Below are positions 44,790-54,318 of a DNA stretch of 64,000 nucleotides, in pieces; the stretch's first letter is position 1, and each line of letters opens with the position of its first letter. This DNA comes from Verrucomicrobiota bacterium (GTDB taxonomy: Bacteria; Verrucomicrobiota; Verrucomicrobiia; Verrucomicrobiales; V1-33), in NCBI GenBank assembly GCA_040386695.1, contig JAZKFB010000017.1, positions 70,146-134,145 of the forward strand, given 5' to 3'. Made by a program: the position numbers and the translations under genes. The notes below the pieces were generated by a model. The model searched no databases, was not told the DNA's origin, and saw only the letters and a list, made by a program, of their open reading frames with translations.

Positions 44790-45344
44790 ATGCCCTCCCC
44801 CGCTGACCGCCTCGACCCTGTGCTCGCCCGATACGAGCGTCCTCTGCTCGGTTATGCCGTGGTGCGCTGCGGCGATCACGGCATGGCCCAGGACGCGGTG
44901 CAGGAGACGATGCTGCGCTTTCTCCGGCACGGGCCGGCGGGGGACGTGGAATCGCTGGCCCCCTGGCTTTTCACCACCTGCCGGAATGTCCTGACGGATC
45001 TCCGGCGGAAATCCTCACGCCATCCCCTCATGGAATTCCCCGCCGATCCCTCCGCCGCGTCCGCCGTCACCGAAACCGTTTCGCCCGAATCCGCTCCCGA
45101 TGAGGCGCTTGCCGAGAAGGAAACCGCCCGCGCCCTCCGCCGGCTGATCACCGCGCTTCCCGAAATCCAGCAGGAGGTGGTGCGGCTGAAATTCGAAACC
45201 GGCCTCGCCTACCGCGACATCGCCACCGCCACCGGCCTCTCCACCGCCAACGTCGGCTGGCTCCTGCACCAGGCCGTGGCCACCCTCCGCCAGGACTGGC
45301 GGCGGCTGGAGAACGCCGGGCCGCTGTCCCCGATTTCCTGTTAA
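44790..45344 (+). CDS. ECF RNA polymerase sigma factor
   Basis: AQDAVQETML, WLFTTCRN, LP..QQEVVRL...YRDIA. Confidence 0.9.
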   Translation: MPSPADRLDPVLARYERPLLGYAVVRCGDHGMAQDAVQETMLRFLRHGPAGDVESLAPWLFTTCRNVLTDLRRKSSRHPLMEFPADPSAASAVTETVSPESAPDEALAEKETARALRRLITALPEIQQEVVRLKFETGLAYRDIATATGLSTANVGWLLHQAVATLRQDWRRLENAGPLSPISC

Positions 45345-45508
45345 AGGAATCCACGCCGTCCTTTCCGTTCTGCCCTTCCGGACCCTTCACGCCGTTCCGC
45401 ACGCCCTCACGCTCCTCCTCTCTCCGGAAGGATGCCGCCAGGCAACTGCCCGGCCCGCCCCGGCCTGCCCGGCCCCGCTTTCAAAACCCAAAAAACTCCA
45501 CCGCCGCC

Positions 45509-48034
45509 ATGAAATCCCCCGCCGAACCCACCACCGACCAAAGCGCCGCCGCCCGGCTGACCGCCTGGGCGCTGGATGAAATCCCCGCTTCCGGTCAGCC
45601 TGACATGCAGGCGGACCTCACCCGCGATCCGGCGCTTCTCTCCGAGGCCGAAGCCACGCGCGCTTTCTGCCAAATGCTCGGATCCCGGCTGCGGAATCCG
45701 GAAAATCCGCCGCTTCAGTTAAGCCCGGAAGCCCGCCGGACGCTTGAAGCCACCGCCGCCAAACCAGCGCCGCGCCGGCTTTCCCTGTGGATGCCCGCTT
45801 TGGCGGCGGCGGCGGGTTTGGCGGTGATGATTGGCGTTCTCGCTCAAAACCGCCGCCAGGTCACCATGGCCCGGAATCCGGCCGGGTCTGAATCCGAATC
45901 CGCCAAAACCCGCCATGAGGAGACAACGCGCCTTTTCCGGATCGGTCTTGGTTATTTTGACCTTGGGGAATTCAAACAGGCGCAGGCTTACTTTAAACAG
46001 GTGCTGGCCCTCGAACCCGGGAACACCGCCGCCCAAAGAGAACTGGAGCGCAGCCGGCTGGACAGCACGGATACCGCTCCGGAAGTGGCGGAAATTCCGT
46101 CCGAACCCGGCGCCAGAACTTCAAAAAAGAATGCTGAAGTGACCCGTCTTTTCAGAACCGGTCTCGGGTATTACGATTTAGGCCAGTTCAGCAAGGCGGA
46201 GGAGCAGTTCAACGAGCTTCTGGCTTTGGATCCCACCAATACCGCCGCCCGCCGCCAGCTTGAAAGAACCCAGCGGGATGTGAACAGTTACGTGCGCACG
46301 GCCCGGGACCATACCCGGCTGAAGATGCTGAATGATATTGACCGACTGTGGGAAACCGCCGTCCCCGGCACGGCGCGGGTGCCGGCGGCGGATAAGAATT
46401 CAGCGGAAACCGTGCAGGACTGGCCGGAGCGGCCGGATGATTTCACGGATCTGAACCGGCCGGTTTACAGCTCCGCGGACCCCGCGCTGACAGCGGCGGC
46501 GGATGCTTATTATCATGAAAGCGGCAAAGCCGGTGAAAAAACCACGGCGGAATCCTACCGCGGCCTTCCGGAAAACAAATTCCTCAGTCCCGCCGTCCAG
46601 CCGCTGAGCACTTTCAGCATCGACGTGGACACGGCCTCCTACGCCATCGTGCGGCGGCATCTCAATGAGGGTCAGCGCCCGCCCGCCGCCGTGCGGCTGG
46701 AGGAGCTGATCAATTATTTCCCGATGGATGACGCGCCGCCGGCGGACGGCAAACCCTTCGCCGTGCATGTGGAGACCGCCTCCGCGCCGTGGGCGGCGGA
46801 TCACCGGCTGGTGCGGGTGGCGCTGAAAGGCAAAACCATGGCCGCCGCCGAACGGCCGGCCGCGAATCTGGTGTTCCTGGTCGACACCTCCGGCTCCATG
46901 GCTCAGCCGAACAAACTCCCGCTGGTGCAGCAAAGTCTTCAGCTCCTGCTCTCGCAGCTGGAACCCCGCGACCGGGTGGCGCTGGTCACCTACGCCGGGG
47001 AAAGCCGTGTGGTTCTGCCCTCCACGCCGGTCAGTGAGCGCGCCGCTATCAGCGCCGCCATCGACGCTTTGGCCTCCAGCGGCGGCACCAACGGCGCGGG
47101 CGGCATCACGGCGGCTTACGAAGTGGCGCGCGGCGGATTTCTAAAAGGCGGGGTGAACCGCGTCATTCTGGCCACGGACGGGGATTTCAACATCGGTGTC
47201 ACCAGTGAGGAGGGTCTGGAGGCCCTGATCACCAAGGAGGCGAAATCCGGCGTTTATCTCAGCGTTCTGGCCTACGGCAGCGACAACCTGAAGGACACCA
47301 CCGCCGAGCTTCTCGCGGACAAAGGCAACGGGAACTACGCCTACATCGACAGCCTCAGCGAAGCCCGCCGCGCCCTGGTCGGCCAGCTGAGCGGCACTCT
47401 GGTCACCATCGCCAAAGATGTGAAGATCCAGGTCGAGTTCAATCCCGCCCGGGTCAGCGCCTACCGCCTGCTGGGGTATGAGAACCGCGCTCTGGCCGAC
47501 CGGGATTTCAACGACGACACCAAGGACGCCGGGGAAATCGGCGCGGGGCACAGTGTGACCGCGCTTTATGAGATCATCCCGGCCGGAACCGGCGCGCCGG
47601 TTTCCAGGCCCGGCACGGATCCTTTAAAATACCAGACGCCGGCCGTGGCTCCCGGCCCTGATCCCCGCAGCCTCACGCCGGAGGCCGCGAACGGCGAGAT
47701 GCTCACCGTCAAACTCCGCTGGCAGCAGCCGGAGGGCGCCGCCCCCAGCGAGCTGATGGAAATTCCCGTCAAAGACTCCGGCACCGCCTGGGCGCAGGCC
47801 GGGGAGAACTTCCGCTGGACCGCCGCCGCCGCCGGTTACGGCCTGCTGCTGCGCGGGAGCGCCCACGCCGGAAGTCTCACCTGGGAGACGGTGCGCGGTC
47901 TCGCCGCCGGAGCCAAAGGCGCGGACCCCGACGGATTCCGGGGGGAATTCCTCCAGCTGATCGATAAAGCGGCTGGTTTGGCCCCCCGGCCTGAGCCGCG
48001 GACTCCCCTGCCCGTGTCGAAGGAAAAACCGTGA
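45509..48034 (+). CDS. YfbK-like vWA protein with anti-sigma-like N-terminus, TM and two TPR modules
   Basis: STFSIDVDTASY, DTSGSM MIDAS, ATDGDFN, YRLLGYENR. Confidence 0.88.
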   Translation: MKSPAEPTTDQSAAARLTAWALDEIPASGQPDMQADLTRDPALLSEAEATRAFCQMLGSRLRNPENPPLQLSPEARRTLEATAAKPAPRRLSLWMPALAAAAGLAVMIGVLAQNRRQVTMARNPAGSESESAKTRHEETTRLFRIGLGYFDLGEFKQAQAYFKQVLALEPGNTAAQRELERSRLDSTDTAPEVAEIPSEPGARTSKKNAEVTRLFRTGLGYYDLGQFSKAEEQFNELLALDPTNTAARRQLERTQRDVNSYVRTARDHTRLKMLNDIDRLWETAVPGTARVPAADKNSAETVQDWPERPDDFTDLNRPVYSSADPALTAAADAYYHESGKAGEKTTAESYRGLPENKFLSPAVQPLSTFSIDVDTASYAIVRRHLNEGQRPPAAVRLEELINYFPMDDAPPADGKPFAVHVETASAPWAADHRLVRVALKGKTMAAAERPAANLVFLVDTSGSMAQPNKLPLVQQSLQLLLSQLEPRDRVALVTYAGESRVVLPSTPVSERAAISAAIDALASSGGTNGAGGITAAYEVARGGFLKGGVNRVILATDGDFNIGVTSEEGLEALITKEAKSGVYLSVLAYGSDNLKDTTAELLADKGNGNYAYIDSLSEARRALVGQLSGTLVTIAKDVKIQVEFNPARVSAYRLLGYENRALADRDFNDDTKDAGEIGAGHSVTALYEIIPAGTGAPVSRPGTDPLKYQTPAVAPGPDPRSLTPEAANGEMLTVKLRWQQPEGAAPSELMEIPVKDSGTAWAQAGENFRWTAAAAGYGLLLRGSAHAGSLTWETVRGLAAGAKGADPDGFRGEFLQLIDKAAGLAPRPEPRTPLPVSKEKP

Positions 48035-48290
48035 TTTTCCGGACCCCATCCGGAAACCGTGGAACCGGAAACCCGCTTCCGCTCCCTGTTGAAGCCGCAG
48101 CGAACCTCCCCGCTGCGGCTTCTTTTTGCGCTTTCATCCGCGCTTCAGAAGTGCGTGTATCCCTGCATTCCCCCGCTGGTCGCGGAAACTTTTTGCCCGG
48201 AAGCGGCTAAATCCCTTGACCGTCCTCCTTTTGCAGGTAAAAACACTGCCCCTTTCCCCGTATTTCAATTTTCCAGTAGGATTCAAATTT

Positions 48291-48554
48291 ATGTCCAAAG
48301 TCTGCATGATCTCCGGTGCCCGTCCCTTCCGTGGCCGCCGCATTCACCACAGCGGTAAAGCCAAGAAAGAAGGCGGTATCGGTCTCAACCACGTCAAAAA
48401 GGTTAACCGCACCTTCAGCCCGAATCTGCGCGAAAAACGCATCTGGGTTCCCGAACTGAACACTTTCGTGAAACTTAAACTCACGGCGCGGTCGTTGAAG
48501 ACCATGAACAAGAACGGGGCCTACAATGTCCTGAAGGGTGCCGGGCTGGTTTAA
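48291..48554 (+). CDS. rpmB: 50S ribosomal protein L28
   Basis: MSKVCMISG...GKAKKEGGIG...RTFSPNL. Confidence 0.93.
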   Translation: MSKVCMISGARPFRGRRIHHSGKAKKEGGIGLNHVKKVNRTFSPNLREKRIWVPELNTFVKLKLTARSLKTMNKNGAYNVLKGAGLV

Positions 48555-48631
48555 TCACCGCCATCCGCCCTTGTTCCTTTTCCCCCCGGAAACCTAAAAA
48601 ATCCAACCGCAGCCCACCCGCTCCAAAAATT

Positions 48632-48832
48632 ATGGCTTTCAGCGTCGTCAGCAAAAAATCCTCGAAGACCTACTATCTTCATATCCGCGAAACACCCCGT
48701 GCCGACGGCAAAGTGACCCGCCTCTTTTACTTCTCCGGCGACGCCAAAGACGCCGCCAAGGAGCTTCCTGAAGGTTACACCGTCGTGGAAAATGAGCGCA
48801 CCGGCCTGCCCTTCCTGAAAAAGAAGGTCTAA
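48632..48832 (+). CDS. small hypothetical protein
   Basis: TYYLH...FYFS...LPEGYTVVENERTGLPFLKK; host-like codon usage. Confidence 0.75.
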   Translation: MAFSVVSKKSSKTYYLHIRETPRADGKVTRLFYFSGDAKDAAKELPEGYTVVENERTGLPFLKKKV

Positions 48833-48854
48833 CTTCCAGACCCTGCTCCTTTCC

Positions 48855-48891
48855 GCCCTCTGTCCCCTTTCGAGGGGCGGAGGGCTTTTTT
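48855..48891 (+). terminator. intrinsic terminator
   Basis: GC-rich stem with TTCG loop followed by a T-run. Confidence 0.75.
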
Positions 48892-48925
48892 GTTTTACCG
48901 GAGCGGTGGACGGGCGGGACTCAGG

Positions 48926-49157
48926 ATTTGAACAGAAGGGCACCAAGGACAGAAAGCATTCAAGGCAGGGTGAGAATCTGAAGGAATATTTCCAGCCAGC
49001 GGCTGGCCGTCGGCATCCGGCGGTAATTTCCCAAGACCGACTTTGCCGGAAAGCTTTTCCTGTCCGTGTCCTTCGTGAGATCCGGGTCCTCCGCAGCCTC
49101 CGCCACTCCCCGGATTCTTCTTCTCTCTTCCTGTCCTTCGCGCCCTTCTGTTCAAAT
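48926..49157. repeat. MITE/REP-like element, copy 1
   Basis: ATTTGAACAGAAGGGC ... GCCCTTCTGTTCAAAT terminal inverted repeats. Confidence 0.7.
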
Positions 49158-49168
49158 TTCTCTTCCCC

Positions 49169-50191
49169 ATGCCCTCCCCACACATTGCCATCGTAGGAGC
49201 CACCGGTGCCGTCGGCATCGAAATGCTCCGTTGCCTGGAACGCCGGAATTTTCCCGTCGGCCGGCTCACGCTTCTTGCCAGTGCCCGCAGCGCCGGTAAA
49301 AAACTCACCTTCCGGGGCGAAGAGCACACAATCAAGGAACTGACGCCGGAGAGCTTTGAAGGCGTGGATATCGCTCTTTTCAGCGCGGGCGGCGGCATTT
49401 CCCGCGATTTTGCCCCCCACGCGGTCAAAGCCGGAGCCGTGGTGGTGGACAATTCCTCCGCCTTCCGCATGGACGACAGCGTTCCGCTCGTGGTGCCCGA
49501 GATCAACGCCGCCGACGCCAAAAATCATAAAGGCATCATCGCCAACCCCAACTGCAGCACGGCCATCGCCCTCATGGCGCTGTACCCGCTGCATCAGGCC
49601 TTCGGCGTGAAACGCGTTTTCGCCAGCACCTACCAGGCCGTCAGCGGCACCGGGGCCCAGGCCATTGAGGAACTCGCCGCGCAGTCCCGCGCGTGGGCGG
49701 CGGAGGAACGGGCCTGGGATGACGCCAAACTGGCCACTCCACCCCAGGTTTATCCGCACCAGATCGCCTTCAATGCCCTGCCCCATGTGGATTCCTTCCT
49801 CGACTCCGGTTACACGAAGGAGGAGATGAAAATGGAGAACGAAGGGCGCAAAATCATGCATCACGCGGACTTCAAAGCCAGCGTCACCTGCGTGCGCATC
49901 CCGGTTTTCCGCAGCCACAGCATCGCCATCAGCGCCGAATTCGAAAAACCCGTCACCGCCGCCGCCGCCCGCGCGGTGCTGGAGAAAGCCGCCGGACTCG
50001 ACGTCATCGACGATCCCGCCGCCAAACAGTATCCTCTGGCCCTCGACATCGCCGGCCGCGACAACTGCGCCGTCGGCCGCCTCCGTGAGGACTGCGCCAT
50101 GGAGAACGGCCTCGCCTTCTGGGTCGTCGGCGATCAGCTCCTCAAAGGCGCCGCCCTGAATGCGGTCCAGATCGCGGAACTGCTGCTCTGA
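49169..50191 (+). CDS. asd: aspartate-semialdehyde dehydrogenase
   Basis: VGATGAVG, DNSSAFRM, ANPNCST, KGAALNAVQIAE. Confidence 0.97.
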   Translation: MPSPHIAIVGATGAVGIEMLRCLERRNFPVGRLTLLASARSAGKKLTFRGEEHTIKELTPESFEGVDIALFSAGGGISRDFAPHAVKAGAVVVDNSSAFRMDDSVPLVVPEINAADAKNHKGIIANPNCSTAIALMALYPLHQAFGVKRVFASTYQAVSGTGAQAIEELAAQSRAWAAEERAWDDAKLATPPQVYPHQIAFNALPHVDSFLDSGYTKEEMKMENEGRKIMHHADFKASVTCVRIPVFRSHSIAISAEFEKPVTAAAARAVLEKAAGLDVIDDPAAKQYPLALDIAGRDNCAVGRLREDCAMENGLAFWVVGDQLLKGAALNAVQIAELLL

Positions 50192-50325
50192 AGCTGCCTG
50201 CCGGGAACTCCCGGCCTTCGCCTGACGGTCATCACGCCACTAAAATTTCCCGCGCCAAACAAGCCGGACGACTCCGGAGAAAGACTTTTTGGCGGCGGGG
50301 ACGATGGATTTCCAGGCCCGGGGAT

Positions 50326-50367
50326 AAAACGCTACTGACAACCGCGCGGATTGTCAGTAGCGTTTTT
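50326..50367. terminator. 16-bp perfect stem, probable bidirectional terminator
   Basis: AAAACGCTACTGACAA-N9-TTGTCAGTAGCGTTTT. Confidence 0.6.
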
Positions 50368-50372
50368 CTGAA

Positions 50373-52226
50373 ATGCGCAAAAAATGCCTCCGCTTTCTGG
50401 GCCGCTGGACATGGCGGGCGGTTCTGCTGACCGGACTTTTCGCGGCGGGCTGGGCGGCGTATGCGCATTTCCACCCCAAACCGCTGCTGCAGGACCGCTG
50501 GGCGGCGCTGGTGCGGGCATCGGACGCGAAGCCCCGCCCCGGCCAGGGCGGAAAACGCGGCGGGATGGACAGTCTGATAAATACCGGAAACGGGGAGGAC
50601 GGAAGGCGGACCGGGAAAGCGGTGGTTTTTTCCATGGAGGACCTGATGGCCATGCGCGATCCCGTCGGTCAGGGCCTGGCGCTGGTGGAGGCGCTGAAAA
50701 CAGCGGATGCGGAGACCTGCGGAAAGTGGCTCAAAATTCTGGAGAAGCATCCCCACCGGGTCATCCGCATGACCGCCATGGGAGCCGTCATCGAGCGCTG
50801 GACGGCGATGGATCCCGGGGGCGCGCTGGCGGCGATGGGGGACGATGAGGAGAAAAAAGGAAATGTGCTGCGGCAATGGGCGCACCGCGATCCGGCGGCG
50901 GCGCTGGCGGCGGGGGACGGGAAATTTCATGACCAGATCCGTCAGGGCATCATGGAGTCCGACCCGGATCACGCCTTCAGCCGCTGGCAGGAAATCGCGC
51001 CCGGCTCGCCCTTCCCCATCACCCTGCTGGAGTTCGCGCTGAAGAGTCAGGTAAAAAAGGACCCGGAGGGCGCGATGCGTCAGGTGCCGGGGGACGATGA
51101 GCAGCAGACGAATGAAATCCGGGGCAATCTCTTCGGCTCGTGGATGGACCGGGACGCCGAGGCCGCTTTGAAATACGCGGACGGTCACGCGGATGCCAAA
51201 GTGCGGAAGCAGCTGCTGCGGGATTTCGCCCAGCGTTTTCCGGACCGCATGGAACCGGTGCTGGCCACGCTGGAGGGCGGTGAAAAAATATCCCTGGCCT
51301 TGGCGATAGCCAAAGGGAAAGCCGGCCAGGACCCGGCGGCGGCCGCCCGCTGGCTGCAGTCGAAGGTGCCGGCGGCGGAATTCGCGGGGGCGCTGGCGGA
51401 TTTTGCGAAAAATCAGTCCGGTCTGACTCCGGAGAAGCTGGGGGAAATCCTGACTCTCTGCCCGGATCCGGCGGCAAAGGACAGACTGCTGAACGAGACC
51501 GCCTCCATGGGATGGTCGCAGCAGACCACGAAAAACTGGCTGAAATCGCAGCCGCCCGGAAGTCTGAGCGCGCAGCAGCAGTTACTGGCTTTCACTGTCC
51601 TGCCGGCGGCCGAGGCGGCCGCGCTCGCGCCCGGCGGGGTGACTTTCCCCCGGGAGGAAGGACTGAAAATGACGCAGCGGCAGGCACGGAGCTGGAATGC
51701 CGGGAATCCTGCGGAGCTGGCGGCGAATCTGTCCGCGCTGCCGGCGGACTTTCAGTCGGCGGCAGCGGGAATTTTTCTCAACCAGCCGCGCTGGGTGGTG
51801 AGGGAAGGGAAATCGACGAGCATTGTGGACAAGCTCCCGGCTTCAGGAATTGACGGGATTTTCTCGGCGCTGACTCCCGCCGCGCAGGGGGAGACGGCGC
51901 TGAGTTTCGCTTGGAAACAGCAGGCGGACCCGGTGGCGGCGGCGCGGTTTCTGGCGGCGTCATCCGCTCCGCCCGATGACCCGGCGGCGGCGGCGGTGTA
52001 TGGGAAAATCGCTCAGAACTGGCTGGCCGCGGACACGGCGGCGGCTTCCGCCTGGATTGAAACTCTGGCTCCCGGCGCCGCCCGCGATGCCGCCGCTCTG
52101 GCGCTCATTCAGAACCAGGCCGTTGGCGATCCCGCCGCCGCGACCGCCTGGGCACGGACGCTTCAGGACCCGGTGGCGGTTCAGGAGGCGCGGCGGCTTC
52201 TGGACTCCACCCCCTCCACCCCATGA
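50373..52226 (+). CDS. membrane-anchored helical-repeat protein A1
   Basis: N-terminal TM; DPxAAxxW repeats; paralog of 54319-56259. Confidence 0.8.
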   Translation: MRKKCLRFLGRWTWRAVLLTGLFAAGWAAYAHFHPKPLLQDRWAALVRASDAKPRPGQGGKRGGMDSLINTGNGEDGRRTGKAVVFSMEDLMAMRDPVGQGLALVEALKTADAETCGKWLKILEKHPHRVIRMTAMGAVIERWTAMDPGGALAAMGDDEEKKGNVLRQWAHRDPAAALAAGDGKFHDQIRQGIMESDPDHAFSRWQEIAPGSPFPITLLEFALKSQVKKDPEGAMRQVPGDDEQQTNEIRGNLFGSWMDRDAEAALKYADGHADAKVRKQLLRDFAQRFPDRMEPVLATLEGGEKISLALAIAKGKAGQDPAAAARWLQSKVPAAEFAGALADFAKNQSGLTPEKLGEILTLCPDPAAKDRLLNETASMGWSQQTTKNWLKSQPPGSLSAQQQLLAFTVLPAAEAAALAPGGVTFPREEGLKMTQRQARSWNAGNPAELAANLSALPADFQSAAAGIFLNQPRWVVREGKSTSIVDKLPASGIDGIFSALTPAAQGETALSFAWKQQADPVAAARFLAASSAPPDDPAAAAVYGKIAQNWLAADTAAASAWIETLAPGAARDAAALALIQNQAVGDPAAATAWARTLQDPVAVQEARRLLDSTPSTP

Positions 52227-54037
52227 CAAAAACAGGTCTCATTCTCCGGTCGGTGATGGCCGCCGGAGCCGTCACCGCCGGCTGGTTCACCGCGCCTTTC
52301 TGGCAGGCCCAGCCGTCGGTCCGCTCCGCCGTGCGGCTGCTGTTCCGCCCGGCGGCGGAGGGCGGCGGAGCGGCGGCCGGCGGGGTGCTGACGCTGAACG
52401 GCATCACGGTTTCCCTGGCGGAGGCGGACGGTCCCGGCCCGCTGCGGGCGATGCTGGAACGGATCCGGGAGGCGGCTTTTGACGCCACGCCGCAGGATGC
52501 CGAGAAATTCCTCATCGCCCTGATGGATCAGCTTTCCAGCCTGCCGCCGGAGAATCTGCGCTCGCTGGCGCTGGCCTTGGCGAGGGACAGGGACCTGCTG
52601 AATCTGCTGGATCAGACCACGCGCGCCGTGAGTACCCGGCTGCTGTCCAAGGATCTGGAAATGCACCTTTCGCTGGAGCTGGCGAAAGTCATCCAGCGCG
52701 ACCCCGACCGCATGCTCCTGCTGGCGGAGGCCCTGCCGCCGTCCCGGACCCGGGATGAGTTTCTGGGGAGAATGCTCACCATTCTGGCCGTGGACCGTCC
52801 GGAGGAGGTGCTGGCCCTGCTGAACGGCCCGGACATGCCTTTAAAAGGCGGAGCGCGCAGCGGCGTCCTGATGTCCGCGCTCCAGACCCTGGCCGCCCGT
52901 TCCTTCACCGGTGCCGCCGAAACATGGAAAAAGCTGGAGGATTCCGAAAAGTGGGAGACCGCCTCCGTGCTGCTGGACCGGGTCAATGAGGAACCGGACC
53001 CGGTGTTCGCCTGGCTGGAAGGGCTTCCGGAGCCGCAGCGGAAACACGGCGCATTTTCCGCCATGTTCTCCGCCACCCCGGACGTGGTCCGGCGCTGGCT
53101 GACCGCCCACCCCTCACCGGCGGCAGGGGACGACGGGGCGTTCCTGATGGCCTGCGGACAGCTGGCCAAAGCGGATCCCGCCGCCGCCATGACGTGGCTG
53201 GCGAAACTGCCGGCCCTGGAGGACAGCCGGGAACTCGCGGGAAGAATCTCTCTGTCCATGTCCACGGTTCCGGTGGCCAGTCTGCTGACGGCTATTCCCG
53301 GAATGCCGCCGGAAAATCAGGCACGGCTGCTGACCGGGGCTTTGGGCGGGTCCCGGCGGACGGTGGGCGAATTGGCCCAACTGGCCGCCACGGTCAGCGA
53401 TCCCGCCGTCCAGGAGAGGATGGCCAAGGTCTGGTCGCAACAGGTTTGGGATAAATGGGCGGTCGAAACGAAGGAGGTGGAATCCCTGCCGCCCGGAGCC
53501 CTGCGCGGATCCGCGCTGACGGCGCTGGGTGAAAAGTGGAGCCGTCTTGATCCTCAAGGCTGGCTGGCCTGGCTGCGCACCGCTCCGGCGGCGGACCAGA
53601 CCGCCGCCATGGCCAAAGCCGATCCCAAAGTGTGGGCGGAACCGGAGAACGCCGCTTTTCTCACCACCCGTCCGGCGGCGGAGCAGCTGCCGTGGCTGGC
53701 CGGTATTTACCACCACGACGCCCGGGCCGCCGCCGCCGTGATCGAGCGCGCCAGTGCCCAGGGAGCCGGCGGCGACGCTTTGGACGCCGCCGCAAAATCG
53801 CTGGCTCAATCCTGGCAGAACCGCGATCCCGCCACCGCGCGGGCCTTTGCGCTTTCCCTCCCCGATCCGCTGATGGCCGACAGCGTTCTTCTCAGCCTCG
53901 CCGCCGACAGCGCCACCGCCGAAGCCCGCGCCGCCGCCACCGCCGCCATTCAGGACCCCGTGAACCGCCGGAAAGCTGAACGCGCCGCCGCCCTGCGCGA
54001 TGCGGGAATCATCCAAGGACCGCCGGTGAAAAAGTAA
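52223..54037 (+). CDS. membrane-anchored helical-repeat protein B1
   Basis: Paralog of 56256-58049; ATGA-coupled to A1. Confidence 0.8.
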   Translation: MTKTGLILRSVMAAGAVTAGWFTAPFWQAQPSVRSAVRLLFRPAAEGGGAAAGGVLTLNGITVSLAEADGPGPLRAMLERIREAAFDATPQDAEKFLIALMDQLSSLPPENLRSLALALARDRDLLNLLDQTTRAVSTRLLSKDLEMHLSLELAKVIQRDPDRMLLLAEALPPSRTRDEFLGRMLTILAVDRPEEVLALLNGPDMPLKGGARSGVLMSALQTLAARSFTGAAETWKKLEDSEKWETASVLLDRVNEEPDPVFAWLEGLPEPQRKHGAFSAMFSATPDVVRRWLTAHPSPAAGDDGAFLMACGQLAKADPAAAMTWLAKLPALEDSRELAGRISLSMSTVPVASLLTAIPGMPPENQARLLTGALGGSRRTVGELAQLAATVSDPAVQERMAKVWSQQVWDKWAVETKEVESLPPGALRGSALTALGEKWSRLDPQGWLAWLRTAPAADQTAAMAKADPKVWAEPENAAFLTTRPAAEQLPWLAGIYHHDARAAAAVIERASAQGAGGDALDAAAKSLAQSWQNRDPATARAFALSLPDPLMADSVLLSLAADSATAEARAAATAAIQDPVNRRKAERAAALRDAGIIQGPPVKK

Positions 54038-54069
54038 ACCCGCATCGGACGGCTGTTCCGGCCATTCAG

Positions 54070-54234
54070 CCTGAATTCCGGAATGAATTTGAACAGAAGG
54101 CCACAAAGGTCACCAAAAGAACGGTTTGTGACTCCACGCCCGCTCACCTGCCGGGTGAGATCATCCGATGCGTGATTTTTTCCGCAAGTGACTTGCCTTG
54201 TGCTCTTTGTGTCCTTCTGTTCAAATTTCCATTT
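54070..54234. repeat. MITE/REP-like element, copy 2
   Basis: AATTTGAACAGAAGG ... CCTTCTGTTCAAATT. Confidence 0.7.
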
Positions 54235-54318
54235 ACTTTTTAGGTTCGGTGGAGGCGCAGGACCGCGTCAAAACGAATTTCGCATGAACAGACGGACGGA
54301 AGTCACTGTCTCTCAGGA

